From Vicugna vicugna (lineage: Eukaryota), in assembly GCA_013265495.1 (NCBI GenBank), contig MU058037.1, positions 1-64,000 on the forward strand: a stretch of DNA of 64,000 nt, read 5' to 3'. A model generated the notes under the pieces. It saw only the letters and a program-made list of their open reading frames with translations, made no database searches and was not told the DNA's origin. The position numbers and the translations under genes were made by a program. Below, piece after piece: positions 52,926-64,000 of the stretch. Position 1 is the stretch's first letter. Each line of letters starts with the position of its first letter.

Positions 52926-55900
52926 TTCCTCCCTAACAGCAACAACAACAGCAACAACAGCAACACAACTATTGCTTATTTTAATCAAGCTCATATCTCC
53001 TTTCCTAATCACTTCCCATCCCTGCTGATCAATTAATTTAATGGAACTTTGGTAAAGAAAAAAATTAATTTACCTGTGTATCTAGCATCTTGGAGAGTGT
53101 ACACACAACTCCTTGAATTGTTCACTCTGCAACCAACGGGATTCACATTGCTTGCTTTTTTATCTAGGTTTGTTTACTCCTTCCTAGGGACCATTCACAT
53201 TCCCAGGTAATATTCTTGCATCCACTGAATTTCCTGCCCTGAATTAAAGAATGGGAGTTTGTGAATTGGAGGCAGGAAGGTAGGTGGTTAAAATTGACCT
53301 GACCCAAGTGTAAACTGTTCCTTGGGGCTAAGGCATTAACCTAAATGTCTGTTTCTGGAACCTGATTGTAGTTGTGCCACTGTTTCCATATCCTCAGTGG
53401 ATATGGTCGTTGTCTCTAGTTGCAAACCTGTAACACTCATGACAATGACAATGAGAGCAAATATTGCAGTTGATTTTTTTGGTCCTTATTATACCCCATG
53501 AAAAAAGGTAAGGAGTTTGGAACTTCATCTTAACACATAATGTAGACCTCAGTTTTGTGAAGAAACCTTTTGAGCCTGTGATCCATGGGCGGGCAGCATC
53601 AGCATCAATGGGAGCTTATTAGATATACAAATTCTTGCACTGCTCTCTAGACCTGCTGAAGAGTCCCTGGGGGTGAGGCCTACCCATCTGGTGTTTTAAC
53701 AAACCCCCTAGGTCATTCTTATGCCAAAGTTTGTGAAGACCAACAATCCAGAATTTTGTCAAATTTGGGTGATTTGTAGCAAAATGCTTTTAAAAAGATC
53801 CAAACTCTATTTTTAGCCATGAAAACCTAAAGGTTGTTGGCTTAGTTTAAATTTATGTTGTTTAATTCTTGAAACTCTGAATCACTGATTCTCCACTTCA
53901 GATATTATTACAATCCTGGAGCTTTCAGTGACCTTGAAGGTAGTTATGGAATTATAAAAAATTAAACCTCAAAATAAAATTAATTTTAATAGTTAAATAA
54001 GCCACTCTGGAGCAGAATATGGAGCCACTGGAAACAGAACAAACAAAAGGATGGTGTAACTTTGTAAGTTTGCGAATCACTGTCCTCAGTTTTGGCCAGG
54101 TATATTTTTGATTATATCACTAATTGTACATGTAAACGTGACTTGTGCTGTTGTTTTTGCTTTAAACCCCTGCTCAGTAGTAATCTGTAGAATTATAGTT
54201 CTTAATGTAGAAATGTTTCCTCACAAACCACACATGATAAATAAGTCTGAGTGGGACCACATAAATATGCAGTGTGCTGGACTTCCCTGGTGTAGATCCC
54301 TCTTGAATTAGCTTTCACTCCTTTGGTGCAACACACAATATCAGGTCAGCCTGCTGTAATGCAGCCCAAACAAAAACAGCCCAACAGCTGCCAAGCACAC
54401 CTCTGTTGCAGAGGTGAATGATTCAGGCAGACTTCAGCATTTCATGAGGCCTGTTGTTTCCTATAAATTAACTGAGTGCTGTTAAATATTGCTGATAGCA
54501 AATAACTGTTCTGACCATGAGCCCCTCCATTTATCAAGCTTGAAAGGCAAGCAAAGATCTGGAGTGACATAGACAAGACAACATAGAGAAAATCCCCTAA
54601 AGGAAGTAATCTTTTATGGCCTTGTAACTTGTTGGCTTTCATATAGAGAGATACTGTTGGTGATCCACTCACTGCCCTAGGACAGGTCATTTGAGTAGTT
54701 TTTCCAGTGCTAGGGGCAGAGAGTTACAGACATAAATTATGTCTTGGACATTCACTGCCAGCTGGCTTAACTCCTTTCAGAGAGAAGTATTTTAGAAGCA
54801 AGGCCTGGTATGCATTGTGGGCACTGCAGAAATGACAGAGGCAGAGACCACAAGAGAGGTTGGCTTCCCCCTTCTTGCCAAGGAGGTATTCCTATGTCCG
54901 GTTTTATAGCTCCTTGCTTCTCAGTAACTTCATCTGTTGATGAAATGGGATACCTGTAGGTCCTCCAATTTTTGCTTGAAAAATAAGTAAGAGGATTAAA
55001 ACGTCTAAGTGAGGCCATGCCTGATGAGAGAGCAGAAGAGCGGTAGGACATTGTCCCCTCTGTTGATGTGTGTGCTCCTGTCCTCCTTGCTGCTGAGAGG
55101 TGAAGCCTTAGGAGCAGGAAGGGGTGAGGATGACATTGAAGTAGAGAATAGTTGGAAGCCACAGATGAAAGTGATGGGTTCCCAGACAAGCCGTGCATTT
55201 TGGGAATTACTCTTCAAGGGTCCTCTCCTCCCTCCTTGGTTATGGTATAGAACTGTCCTATATTCTTGCATCCTTGGGCAGCTCTTTTCTGTGTGCTCCT
55301 GCTGCCCGGATCACTGGTGTGTGGAGTTGCCTGGTGTGCTGGATGTGTCAACCAGAGTCCTGTGGTAGCTATAGCCCCTGCTGACACTGTCTAGCCTGTG
55401 AGCCGCTATTGACTAAATTATCTAGCTTTAAAAAGTTGCTCATGTTGTTAAACAGGAAAGGAATATTTCTGAACTCAGGCCTGTACATACCATGCTCTCG
55501 CCTATTTCTTATCTTTCAAGACACAAAACACCCAGTCTGGGCTCCCATGATGCTTATAGTATGAGGAGAGCAATGAGGAGGGACAGAATGTGGATGGTGG
55601 CTTCTCCTTGTAGGGAAAGATTGCTCCACTATGGTCTTCTTTCTTCAGCCTAGTAACCACAAGTGTATTTCTGCCCAACTTTTCCTCAACCTTCAGAGTT
55701 TTGGTTCTGTTCTCCCAATTGCTTTTGGGGAAACTGACCCTACCCTTGGCACTAGGGGTGAGATCTGTCACTTAGGCCTGAGCTCCTCAGAGTAACCCCA
55801 TTTTTTGGTCATAGGTTTTGGTTCAGGGATAGAATTGTGACAGTACTAGCTCTCCCTGGGTAAGACACTTCTAGGCTTTTTAGAGCTAGATTGACTCTCT

Positions 55901-56099
55901 CCCTGTCTTGAAAGGGATGTAGCTCTGGGAGTCTCAAGAGCTGTCTTTTTTTTTTTTTTAACAGAGAAGTGACAGTGATCTTTATATTTTTGAAATGTTT
56001 GGTTTCAGTCTTACTATTTTTATTAAAATCCTTTTTAGGTGACTCAAAATATATCCAGTGACTGGTCTTTGTGGAGAATTTTCCTTATTTGTCTCTTAG

Positions 56100-57018
56100 C
56101 CTGTGTAATTACAACAGCAATTCGAGTACTGTAGTGTGCCTGGTCAGTAAAGGGGGAAGTAACACTGCCCCCATTATTATCCATATACTGCTGGATGATG
56201 GGGAACATATAATAAATACCCCTGGAACAACCTCATTGCCTGCTTTTCAACCTGAAGTCACCAGTACAACTACTATAATCACAGCAAAGGTACCTACAAG
56301 CACCACAGCAGACAACTCCACTACTTCAACTGAACCTATTACCATAAAGCAGCCCACTACCACCATGTCCCCTGAACCTACAACCAGCATAGTTTTGACT
56401 GAACCTATAAACACAACCACCACAACCTCCACTTCAACTGAAGTTACTATCATAATGGAAACAACCACCAGCATTTCAGCTGAATCATCCACTATAATGG
56501 ATACTACCACCACCCTGACTGAATCTACCACTTCAACGGAGTGTAGTACCACCACAACAGTTATAACCATGTCAACAGAAATTATACCTAACATTACTCC
56601 AACAGACCTTACAACAAGAACCACTTCAACAGAACAAACAACTCCTGTACCCACAATTGAACCTACCACAACAGCCATCCTGACTTCTAATAAATCTGTA
56701 AATATTGACTCTTCAATTGATCCTGGAACCTATTTGACTACAGATACTTTAACCGAACTTATGAGCACAACAGAAGCCATCACTTCTACTGAACCTGAAA
56801 ATACAACAATTTCTACTGAACCTCCTATTACATACGTAACAACATCTTCAGTCGAAATTACAACAAATGCAGTCGATACCACCTCACTCACTGAAGCTGA
56901 AAGCACTACAATTTCTATTGAACCTACTATAATACTTAGAGATATAATGACCACTTCAGCTGAAACTCAAACTTCCACTTCTACTAAACCCTCCACCTCA
57001 GTACCAGCGATCCTTTAA
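56100..57018 (+). other. Open frame: C-terminal half of an IPT/TIG-like domain plus ~260-aa Thr/Ser/Pro/Glu-rich mucin-like tract (probable pseudo-exon)
   Basis: Acceptor ttccttatttgtctcttag at 56081-56099; recurring TSTEP-like units; the same pattern continues past the stop, disrupted, to ~57420. Confidence 0.8.
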
Positions 57019-57444
57019 CTGAACTTGAACCTCCCACCAATTCCATTGAGCCTACAACCAAAAAAGCCAATTAAACTGAATTTCCAAATACCACTAAATG
57101 TACAGATACAAAAGCAAGAACCAAAACTTCATTCATAAACACTCTTAATTTTTTCAGCAGCTACTATTAAAATAACAGTAGCACTTCAGCAGAATTTATA
57201 ATGCTTCAAATGACTCTCTAACCCTGTGGCTTTAAGCACTTAAAATGAAGCTACATCCACAAGGGGAACCAATACTTCAGCTGAATTTACAACCACTACT
57301 ATCCTACTACCAGGGCAGTCACTACCACTCCCACTTTATCTCAACTCTGTCTAGTCAGTACTTGAAGTAAACCTATAATTTTTACAACTTTGAATTTGCA
57401 ACCACATCAGCCACTACTGCTTATTCAGTGAAACTCATCTTTTA

Positions 57445-57667
57445 TAGAGCTGTCTTGAGACCAGAAAGGGGAAACAGCCTGAGGAGAAGGTTGATGCATG
57501 GGGGAAAGAACCTAGGACTTTAGTTTTACTGTTGAACTGCTGAATCAAACCTGCCCTGAAACATGCACACCCTAATGCTGGACTTTCAGATGACACAGCC
57601 TTTTATTGTTTAAGCTATTTTCAGTTGGTTTTTGGTTATTTGAAACCTAATTCATCCTAATAATACA
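57445..57667 (+). mobile_element. MaLR (MLT1-like) LTR 3' part between the two dead genes
   Basis: gctgaatcaaacctgccctgaa...ctggactttcag...catcctaataataca. Confidence 0.7.
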
Positions 57668-59667
57668 GTGTGTTGAAATGGGATTTGAGGGGTATGGTTA
57701 AATTAAGGCAAATTTCCACCATGCGTCCAAATTAGCAGAGGAGATGTCTTGGGAGTAGTAGAATTCAGGGGTGGGTGGTGGAAGGCATTGCAGACATGAG
57801 TGAGGCTCTTGGATGCTATTATTGATGTGCGTATCTTCTTTTTCTGTTTAGGCATAAGTTCCCCTGTAGGCTGAACTTCTCCCATAGCACCTGTAGTTGA
57901 GCAGATACTCAATGACCGACATATACAATTGCAGGAAACCAATGCTGTGCTACTGAGAAAACATGTGCATCTCCTCCATTCTCTTCTCAGTTTATTTAGT
58001 AGTGTCACACAGAGGTCATATTTCCACAGTCCATCAGATTCTGAGTCATTGAGGTTTTTTAGTGAAGGGTAGATCTTTGGGATTATGAGTGATGACCCTT
58101 TGCAGGACACCGAAAACAGATAGTGCTACAGAGCAGAGGAAGGGCAGGCAGCACAAATTAAGCCTTCATTCTTGCTGTAGTTGCCTCCAAAATGTTTTGT
58201 CACTTCCTTGCCCTCTTTAATTCTTTTCTAAGCTATATTGACCCCTGCATCTTTCAGTGTCATTTGTACGATATGACTATATACTCATTCCTGAATGAGT
58301 GTGTATCAAGGAACTTCCACTTTCCATAAAATCAGTCAAGAACAAATAATACGCCGTTCACTCCTATAACATGCTCACAATACATACTTGCTGCCAGTAA
58401 GATGACTGAGATGTGTTTCTTTTGGGTGAGGGGGTCCCGTGTTACCCTTCACACCCTCTTCTCACTATGGGTTCCCTCACAATTCATGCTCACCATAACA
58501 TAGGGCCAGTGGTTGATTTGAGTAGAATTGCCTTTTAAAATAATCTACTTACTATCTGTTGCTGAAACAAATGGTATAGTGGGTCTCCAAGTTAATGCTG
58601 CAATGAATGTAATCCAATTTATGGAATCACCAGGTTAGAAGCAAGCAATAATTTTAAGACTTTTACTATATAAAGTATCCAAAAATTCCCCATTTGGTTT
58701 GAACTCCTCATAAATTTATTTCTAGATAAGATAGACAATATACAAAATGTAGCAGAGAAAGCTTTACACAAGATTTAAATAAAATTGTTAATGATTCATT
58801 TGCTGTAGCATTTATTTTAACTTCTTATGTTATATTCATAGCTATATACACATGTATCAAAAATGATGGCAGACATGAAAGTTAACATTACTGCAATTAA
58901 ATGAGCTAAATCTAGAGTTTTCCAGCAGTGCCAAAATTTTACAACTGCCTTTTTCCATGAGATGTGAGAATTTCTTTGATTTCAGAGAATTATTTCTCAC
59001 CTTTCATCATCTGAAGCAACTTGTTATCTTAGTAGTAAATTAGAAGCTAGTATGGGCAAGAGAAATATTTAAATCCCACCTAATTTCCCACTGCATTTTG
59101 CCACATGGCTCATGGATTTGGAATATCCTCTGTGTTTTCTTTGGTGGGTGATTTGATGAAATTAGGTGATTTTTGTGTAGGAGGTTGGAATGTTTGATGG
59201 GTGAGTGGATGTAAGGCGTTTAAGAGGAATTGTGAATTAATAGTAGCATGAAATTATGTTTTGTGTAACAGCTAATAATCAAGTTCATTTCTTATAGAGG
59301 ACCACTTTGCCAGAGATACTATTTTTTCACATGGACCAACTAAGATACAAAATTCATAATCAGCTCAACAAAGTTTTTTTTTTAACCTTCCTGTCAGTTG
59401 GGGGAAATAACCTTGCTCTGTAAAACCTCTCTCTTATAGTTGATATATGTTGTGATTCCATTTAACCAAGGGGGTCTTTGAAATAGCAGGCTCCCTAGTT
59501 CATTAAGGAATTTTTCTTGCAATCATTAGTGAAAAAACAGGTGGGCAGAACAGTTTAAACCCAAGAAAATTGTTGAATTAATTGAAAGTTAATTTGAAAT
59601 TAAGAAAAAAACCTTCTGGAATGACAATATAAATAATTAGGATTTCAACAGAAAAAAAATCTATTTA

Positions 59668-59995
59668 GGTTTTTTTTTTAATTGAAGTATAGTTGACTTA
59701 CAATATGATACTAGTTTCAGGTGTATAGAATAGCAATTTAGTATTTTTTAGATGATATTCCATACAAAGTAACTATAAAATATTGACCTTATTCCCTGTA
59801 CTGTACATTACATCCTTGTAACTTACTTATTTTATACCTAGTAGTTTGTACCTCTTAATCCCCTTTACCTTAAAAAAGGTATTTTATTAGTAAATAAATT
59901 TATTTATTTTTATTGAAGTACTGTCAGTTATACCATGTCAATTTCTGGTATACAGCACAATGTCCCAGTCATGCATATACATACATGTATTTGTT
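59668..59995 (-). mobile_element. Two adjacent L1 3' ends (older ~59668-59870, younger ~59880-59995)
   Basis: Two T-rich tails, each followed by ttgaagta...gt. Confidence 0.85.
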
Positions 59996-60340
59996 AAAAA
60001 ATATATATTTTAAAATAATAATATGTATTTTTAATAGATATTCTTCCATCATTGTTCTAAGGTAGAAATGACAGCTCTAAACAGCCAAACACTTGATGAT
60101 AAACAATATTGTAAAAAAATACTGTGTTAAGGAAACAATGAAGTTTATTTAGATACAGATTAGGCTCTCCACTCTTCCTCTTCCCACTCCCACCCCCTGT
60201 CTCATCTCCCTCTTGCCAATTCAGCTACTCTAATCCTGCAGTGATTCCTAAGTGACAGCCTGCCATCTTGAATCCTATCGCTGTCCCTGGAGTTCAGTTC
60301 AGTTTTGAGATGAAGCTGAGGGTTTAGAAATGTTGCCTTG

Positions 60341-60579
60341 GTGGCATGGGAGGGGATAAATTTGGGAGTTTGAGATTTGCAGATGTTAGCCACTACATAA
60401 AAAATAGATTTAAAAAGTTTTTTTATATAGCACAGGGAGCTATGTTCAATATCTTGTAATAACCTTTAATAGAAAAAATATTAAAATGAATATATGTATA
60501 TATATGCATGACTGGGACATTGTGCTGTATATCAGAGATTGACACATTGTAACTGGCTGTACTTGAATTAAAAAGAAAA
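60341..60579 (+). mobile_element. Young L1 3' end inserted in the candidate NACHT exon
   Basis: Perfect 15-bp TSD agaaatgttgccttg (60326-60340, 60580-60594); A-rich tail. Confidence 0.95.
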
Positions 60580-62721
60580 AGAAATGTTGCCTTGAGACTT
60601 AAAGACGTTGGGAATGTTAAAGCTGACCCATTCTTGCTACCTGGAAGCAAGAGTGAGTACTGGGGAAAGATATATCAGGCAGTATTCCTTATTGTTCAAA
60701 GGCCAGTGTTTCTTGTCTGATTATTTGTTCCACTAATAAGAATTACTATCTGGCTGCTGTGGACAAAGGACAAGAGAGATGTAGTAGAAAATGAAGTATT
60801 TCGTAGATCACAATTGCTCTAAAGGAAGATCTACCAAGGAATAATAAAGAAATACTTCTCTTGGAATACATCTTGAAGAAATGTTGGAACTTTATTGAAA
60901 AGTTCTTGTTGTTGACGTTGATATTTTATGCTGCTAGGCTTCAGAAGAGAGCAGAAAATTATGCAGAGGAGTTTAAAATCATAGCTTTGATCAGAGCCAA
61001 GGGGAAGCTACCATGAAGAGAAGCCCCAGAAAGATAAAGAATTGTGAACTGGATGGTTCCTTCCTTTGCAAGCCTTCCTTGAAAGGCCTTCTGAATGCTA
61101 GAACTTCCAAAGCAGCCGTGTAAAATAATTGGAACTTTGTGCTCTTTTATCATATAATAGACATAATTTAAAAGCTCTTTGTCGTAAAACATGGGAAGAG
61201 AAGAATTCAACTCTAATTTGTCACCTTAGCAGAAAAGAGGTGTGGGGAGAATTTCCTGAGGTGCAAAGAAATCTGAAGAGTACGTGAGAGGTGTCTTAGT
61301 AACCTGAACTAATGTAAGACCAGAGAAAGATAGAGGAAGTAGAATCATTTACTTGGAAAGTAGATCTTTCTTTCTTTCTGAATACAGAAGAAACAGTTCA
61401 GCATGAATCCAGAGCAGTACTTCTGTGGCTCTCAGGGAGTTTATAAAAATGTAGAACTTAATAGTTAAAGACACATAGAACAGTTGGAAGGCAATAATTA
61501 TTTTCAAAGTTGAAGGTTATGGTGAATGCCAATTAGTGGCGTGCAACTGTTTGAGCCATTGCTTGGAAAGTGGTTGCTTCTTATAGCTATGGTTAACAGT
61601 GACTCTGTTAGAACATGACAGGGAGAGACAGGGAACCCTGACCTTGGGGTGAGGTGAAGCTAGATGTTGTGTGAACGGAACATGCCTCTCTGTTGAATTG
61701 CACATGCGACATTTTGTTCATGCATTAACTAAAATATCCAGAAGAAGGCTGTGGAGTAGTAAGCGTTCATTAACTTAAGTACTCATGACAGTCCCAGGCT
61801 CTTCTGCTTTTGGATATGAGTTTAGTTTGATTGTACTTATAGATGCATGGTACAAATGTTAGGGAGTAAGCTCTTGGAGTAGAGGTGGAATGGAATAGAC
61901 ACATTGTAGATGCTAGTGTGCAGGTGGAGTAAAGGAATGCCGAAGTCTTCAGAGATGCTTCTGCCAGCATCTTAATCCTGGACACACAGGGCTTCACAGC
62001 CTCTAAGGAAGATAACAATGAAGGGGAATTAGAGGGTGCCAAGAGGTCAGTCTCCACTGAGTAACCCCAAGACCCAAATCGGTACTGTCGTCCACCCACT
62101 CAGGTGCTGAACTAGTTACGGCATAACTTCTGACTTTAGGATCTGGATATGTTGTAGTGGTTAGCTCTTAGCCTTTCAAACCCCAAACAGTCGCTGGATG
62201 TTGGGTGGAGAGCTACAGGAGCAGTGTGCTGGAGATGGCTCATGCCAGCTTGTGAGACAGTTATTAAATTTTTAGGAGTTTGTGAGCTAGGTATTAAACT
62301 GTGAGTAATTTGAAATTGGCTATGCCCCCACTTCCCAAGAAAGCCCGTTGTTCAGGTTTCTCAGCATACCACTAGCTATGAAGCTTCTTGTATATACAAA
62401 GATAATCCTAGAATTGGAGCTCTTCTTGGTCCTAACACTGAAGACCTGGTTTTTCTGGAGTCTCCTGGTTTCTTAATTCTGTTCATCCTTCAGAGTGACC
62501 TAGCTTTCATAGCTCCTGGTAGATTGGGCCATGATCTTTATCTGTGTCAACCACCCTTATAGCCTGAGTTCTTCCATATCCTTAACCAGTTTTTAGTTTT
62601 CCCTTGGTGGTGTTACTCTGCTGGGGACCTTAACTAGTCCTTAGTTGCCTGCCATGATGTCTCAGAGAATTAAACAAGATTCTCTTCATTGTCTGTATAT
62701 ATGTTGAAGAATATTCCTCAC

Positions 62722-63183
62722 TGTAGTGGACACTGCTGGTGCTCCGTCCATACCCTTTGGCGCTCATCATTTTAGTATATGCCAACAGAATCTGCAGAAC
62801 GCCTGCACTTCTCTCCCCAAGGGCTCTTCAGGTCACGGGTGGGACTGGCTGGAGGTGCTGGCAAGTTAATGCCTCATGACAGACACTTATCCAATGTCTG
62901 ATGGCGGTTGTAAGGTAAGTATACTTCAGCTCCCTCATTCCTCAGTTAGAACAACTCTGCCACATTTTCCACAGCCATCTTCCAGAAGTCTCCGGTGGGA
63001 TTGAGCCCCAGTTGCCCATAGAGATAATTAATTCATTAGCATATCCCCTATTACCTTCCTTCCCTTTCTTACATCACTTTCCCCCTCCCCTGCTGGTGCT
63101 CCTGGGATTACCTCCTACATAAACTACCTACACGTGCATCCTTGTCTCTGGGTCTGATTCTGGAAAAGAACCAGCCTTAGACA
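62722..63183 (+). mobile_element. ERVL LTR16-like solo LTR
   Basis: TG...CA ends; 5-bp TSD ctcac/ctcat (62717-62721, 63184-63188). Confidence 0.82.
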
Positions 63184-64000
63184 CTCATCACCCTCATTTT
63201 TATACCAACAACGGAATGGAAGGCACTTATGAACCACCTTCTGAAAATACCTGAATAAAAAGATATTTGGTTGGCAGATAATGTATTAATAAATGTTCAA
63301 CTAGGCATCTCCTTTTTTGAATGCTCTGTGATGGCCAAACATTTTGCAGTGGTGCTTGCTGTTTTCCCTTTGCCATCATCAAAGTAACGCCAAAAGAGCA
63401 CATGTAGATGGCTTTAGTCCTGTGCTTTATTTTTAATTCTGTGTAAATAAATACAAAATGACAAAAATATACATGTTTACTGGACATTGCATTTGATTGT
63501 GTGGCATTACATAGTGTGTCACAATATTTCAGCTTGTAATTGTATCTTTCACCTATTGGTGCACAATTCTGTAACTTCTAGAATACAATTCCCCTGGAAC
63601 CTTTAGTGGAACCCCTGAGTGCTTAGACTTGCAAAAGTTTGTTTGGGGAGTATTTGAGCCACACTGGCTGAGGTCTAAGGATATTTTTGGAAACATCTAA
63701 AACAGTAAAAGAGTAAAGGATGGAGAGGATTTTCTTTTTGCATTCATGAGAAGCATGCAGGGATACAAATCTCAGAATACCACACTATAGTTTAAGCTTT
63801 GGATTCGGTATGTGTATCTAGAAAAATTATTCAACAGTAATGATTATTTCTAGAATTTGCTTTTTATCCTTGGAAGGTCAATTGCCAGGGCCTGTTAAGA
63901 ACATTCAGTACTACTTTCAGGGTTTTTTCTTTTTCTTTTCTTTTTTTTGTCATTTTTCTGTAATACAAGTCAACTGAAATGAAAAATTAAGTGGGCACCT

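Larger units (their letters stand above)
50790..57420 (+). pseudogene. Multi-exon unprocessed pseudogene: plexin/MET-family-like ectodomain (Sema-PSI-IPT remnants) followed by a mucin-like exon
   Basis: Mostly AG/GT-bounded candidate exons at 51158-51297, 53168-53279, 53372-53507, 53902-54063, ~54270-54344, 54762-54986, 55251-~55397, 55776-55859 and 56100 onward. They translate to family-like motifs in the expected order, several junctions are phase-compatible, and there are multiple stops and frameshifts. Confidence 0.65.
57720..62212 (-). pseudogene. Candidate degraded multi-exon DUF4062/NACHT (TEP1/NPHP3/TTC41/NWD-type) ATPase pseudogene
   Basis: Candidate exons start at 62212, 61224, 58721 (to 58553) and 58125 after pyrimidine-AG acceptors; degenerate Walker A-like, Walker B-like and helical-domain-like motifs occur in order. 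Confidence 0.4.

Noticed and set aside
56247..56954. Val-rich minus-strand ORFs
   Set aside because: Antisense shadows of the Thr-rich plus-strand frame.

Overview
Repeat-rich mammalian genomic DNA, most likely camelid (one camelid-type tRNA-derived SINE and camelid-like young L1 3' ends; no ruminant- or pig-type SINEs recognised). I see no intact protein-coding gene. The left edge holds a disabled processed EIF4E pseudogene (minus strand). The middle (14-44 kb) is mostly L1 and LTR debris with readable nesting: three ERV1 solo LTRs inside one another, an L1 insertion with a 3' transduction and a twin-priming inversion inside an older L1, and two young L1s truncated at nearly the same nucleotide. 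The most interesting part is ~50.8-62.2 kb, where hand translation suggests two convergent, intron-containing dead genes that the ORF track mostly misses. On the plus strand are plexin/MET-family-like exon remnants (Sema, three PSI, IPT-type) splicing into a long Thr/Ser/Pro/Glu mucin-like exon. On the minus strand are weaker remnants resembling a DUF4062-NACHT (TEP1/NPHP3/TTC41/NWD-type) ATPase. All family assignments come from eye comparison with remembered consensus motifs, not computed searches.
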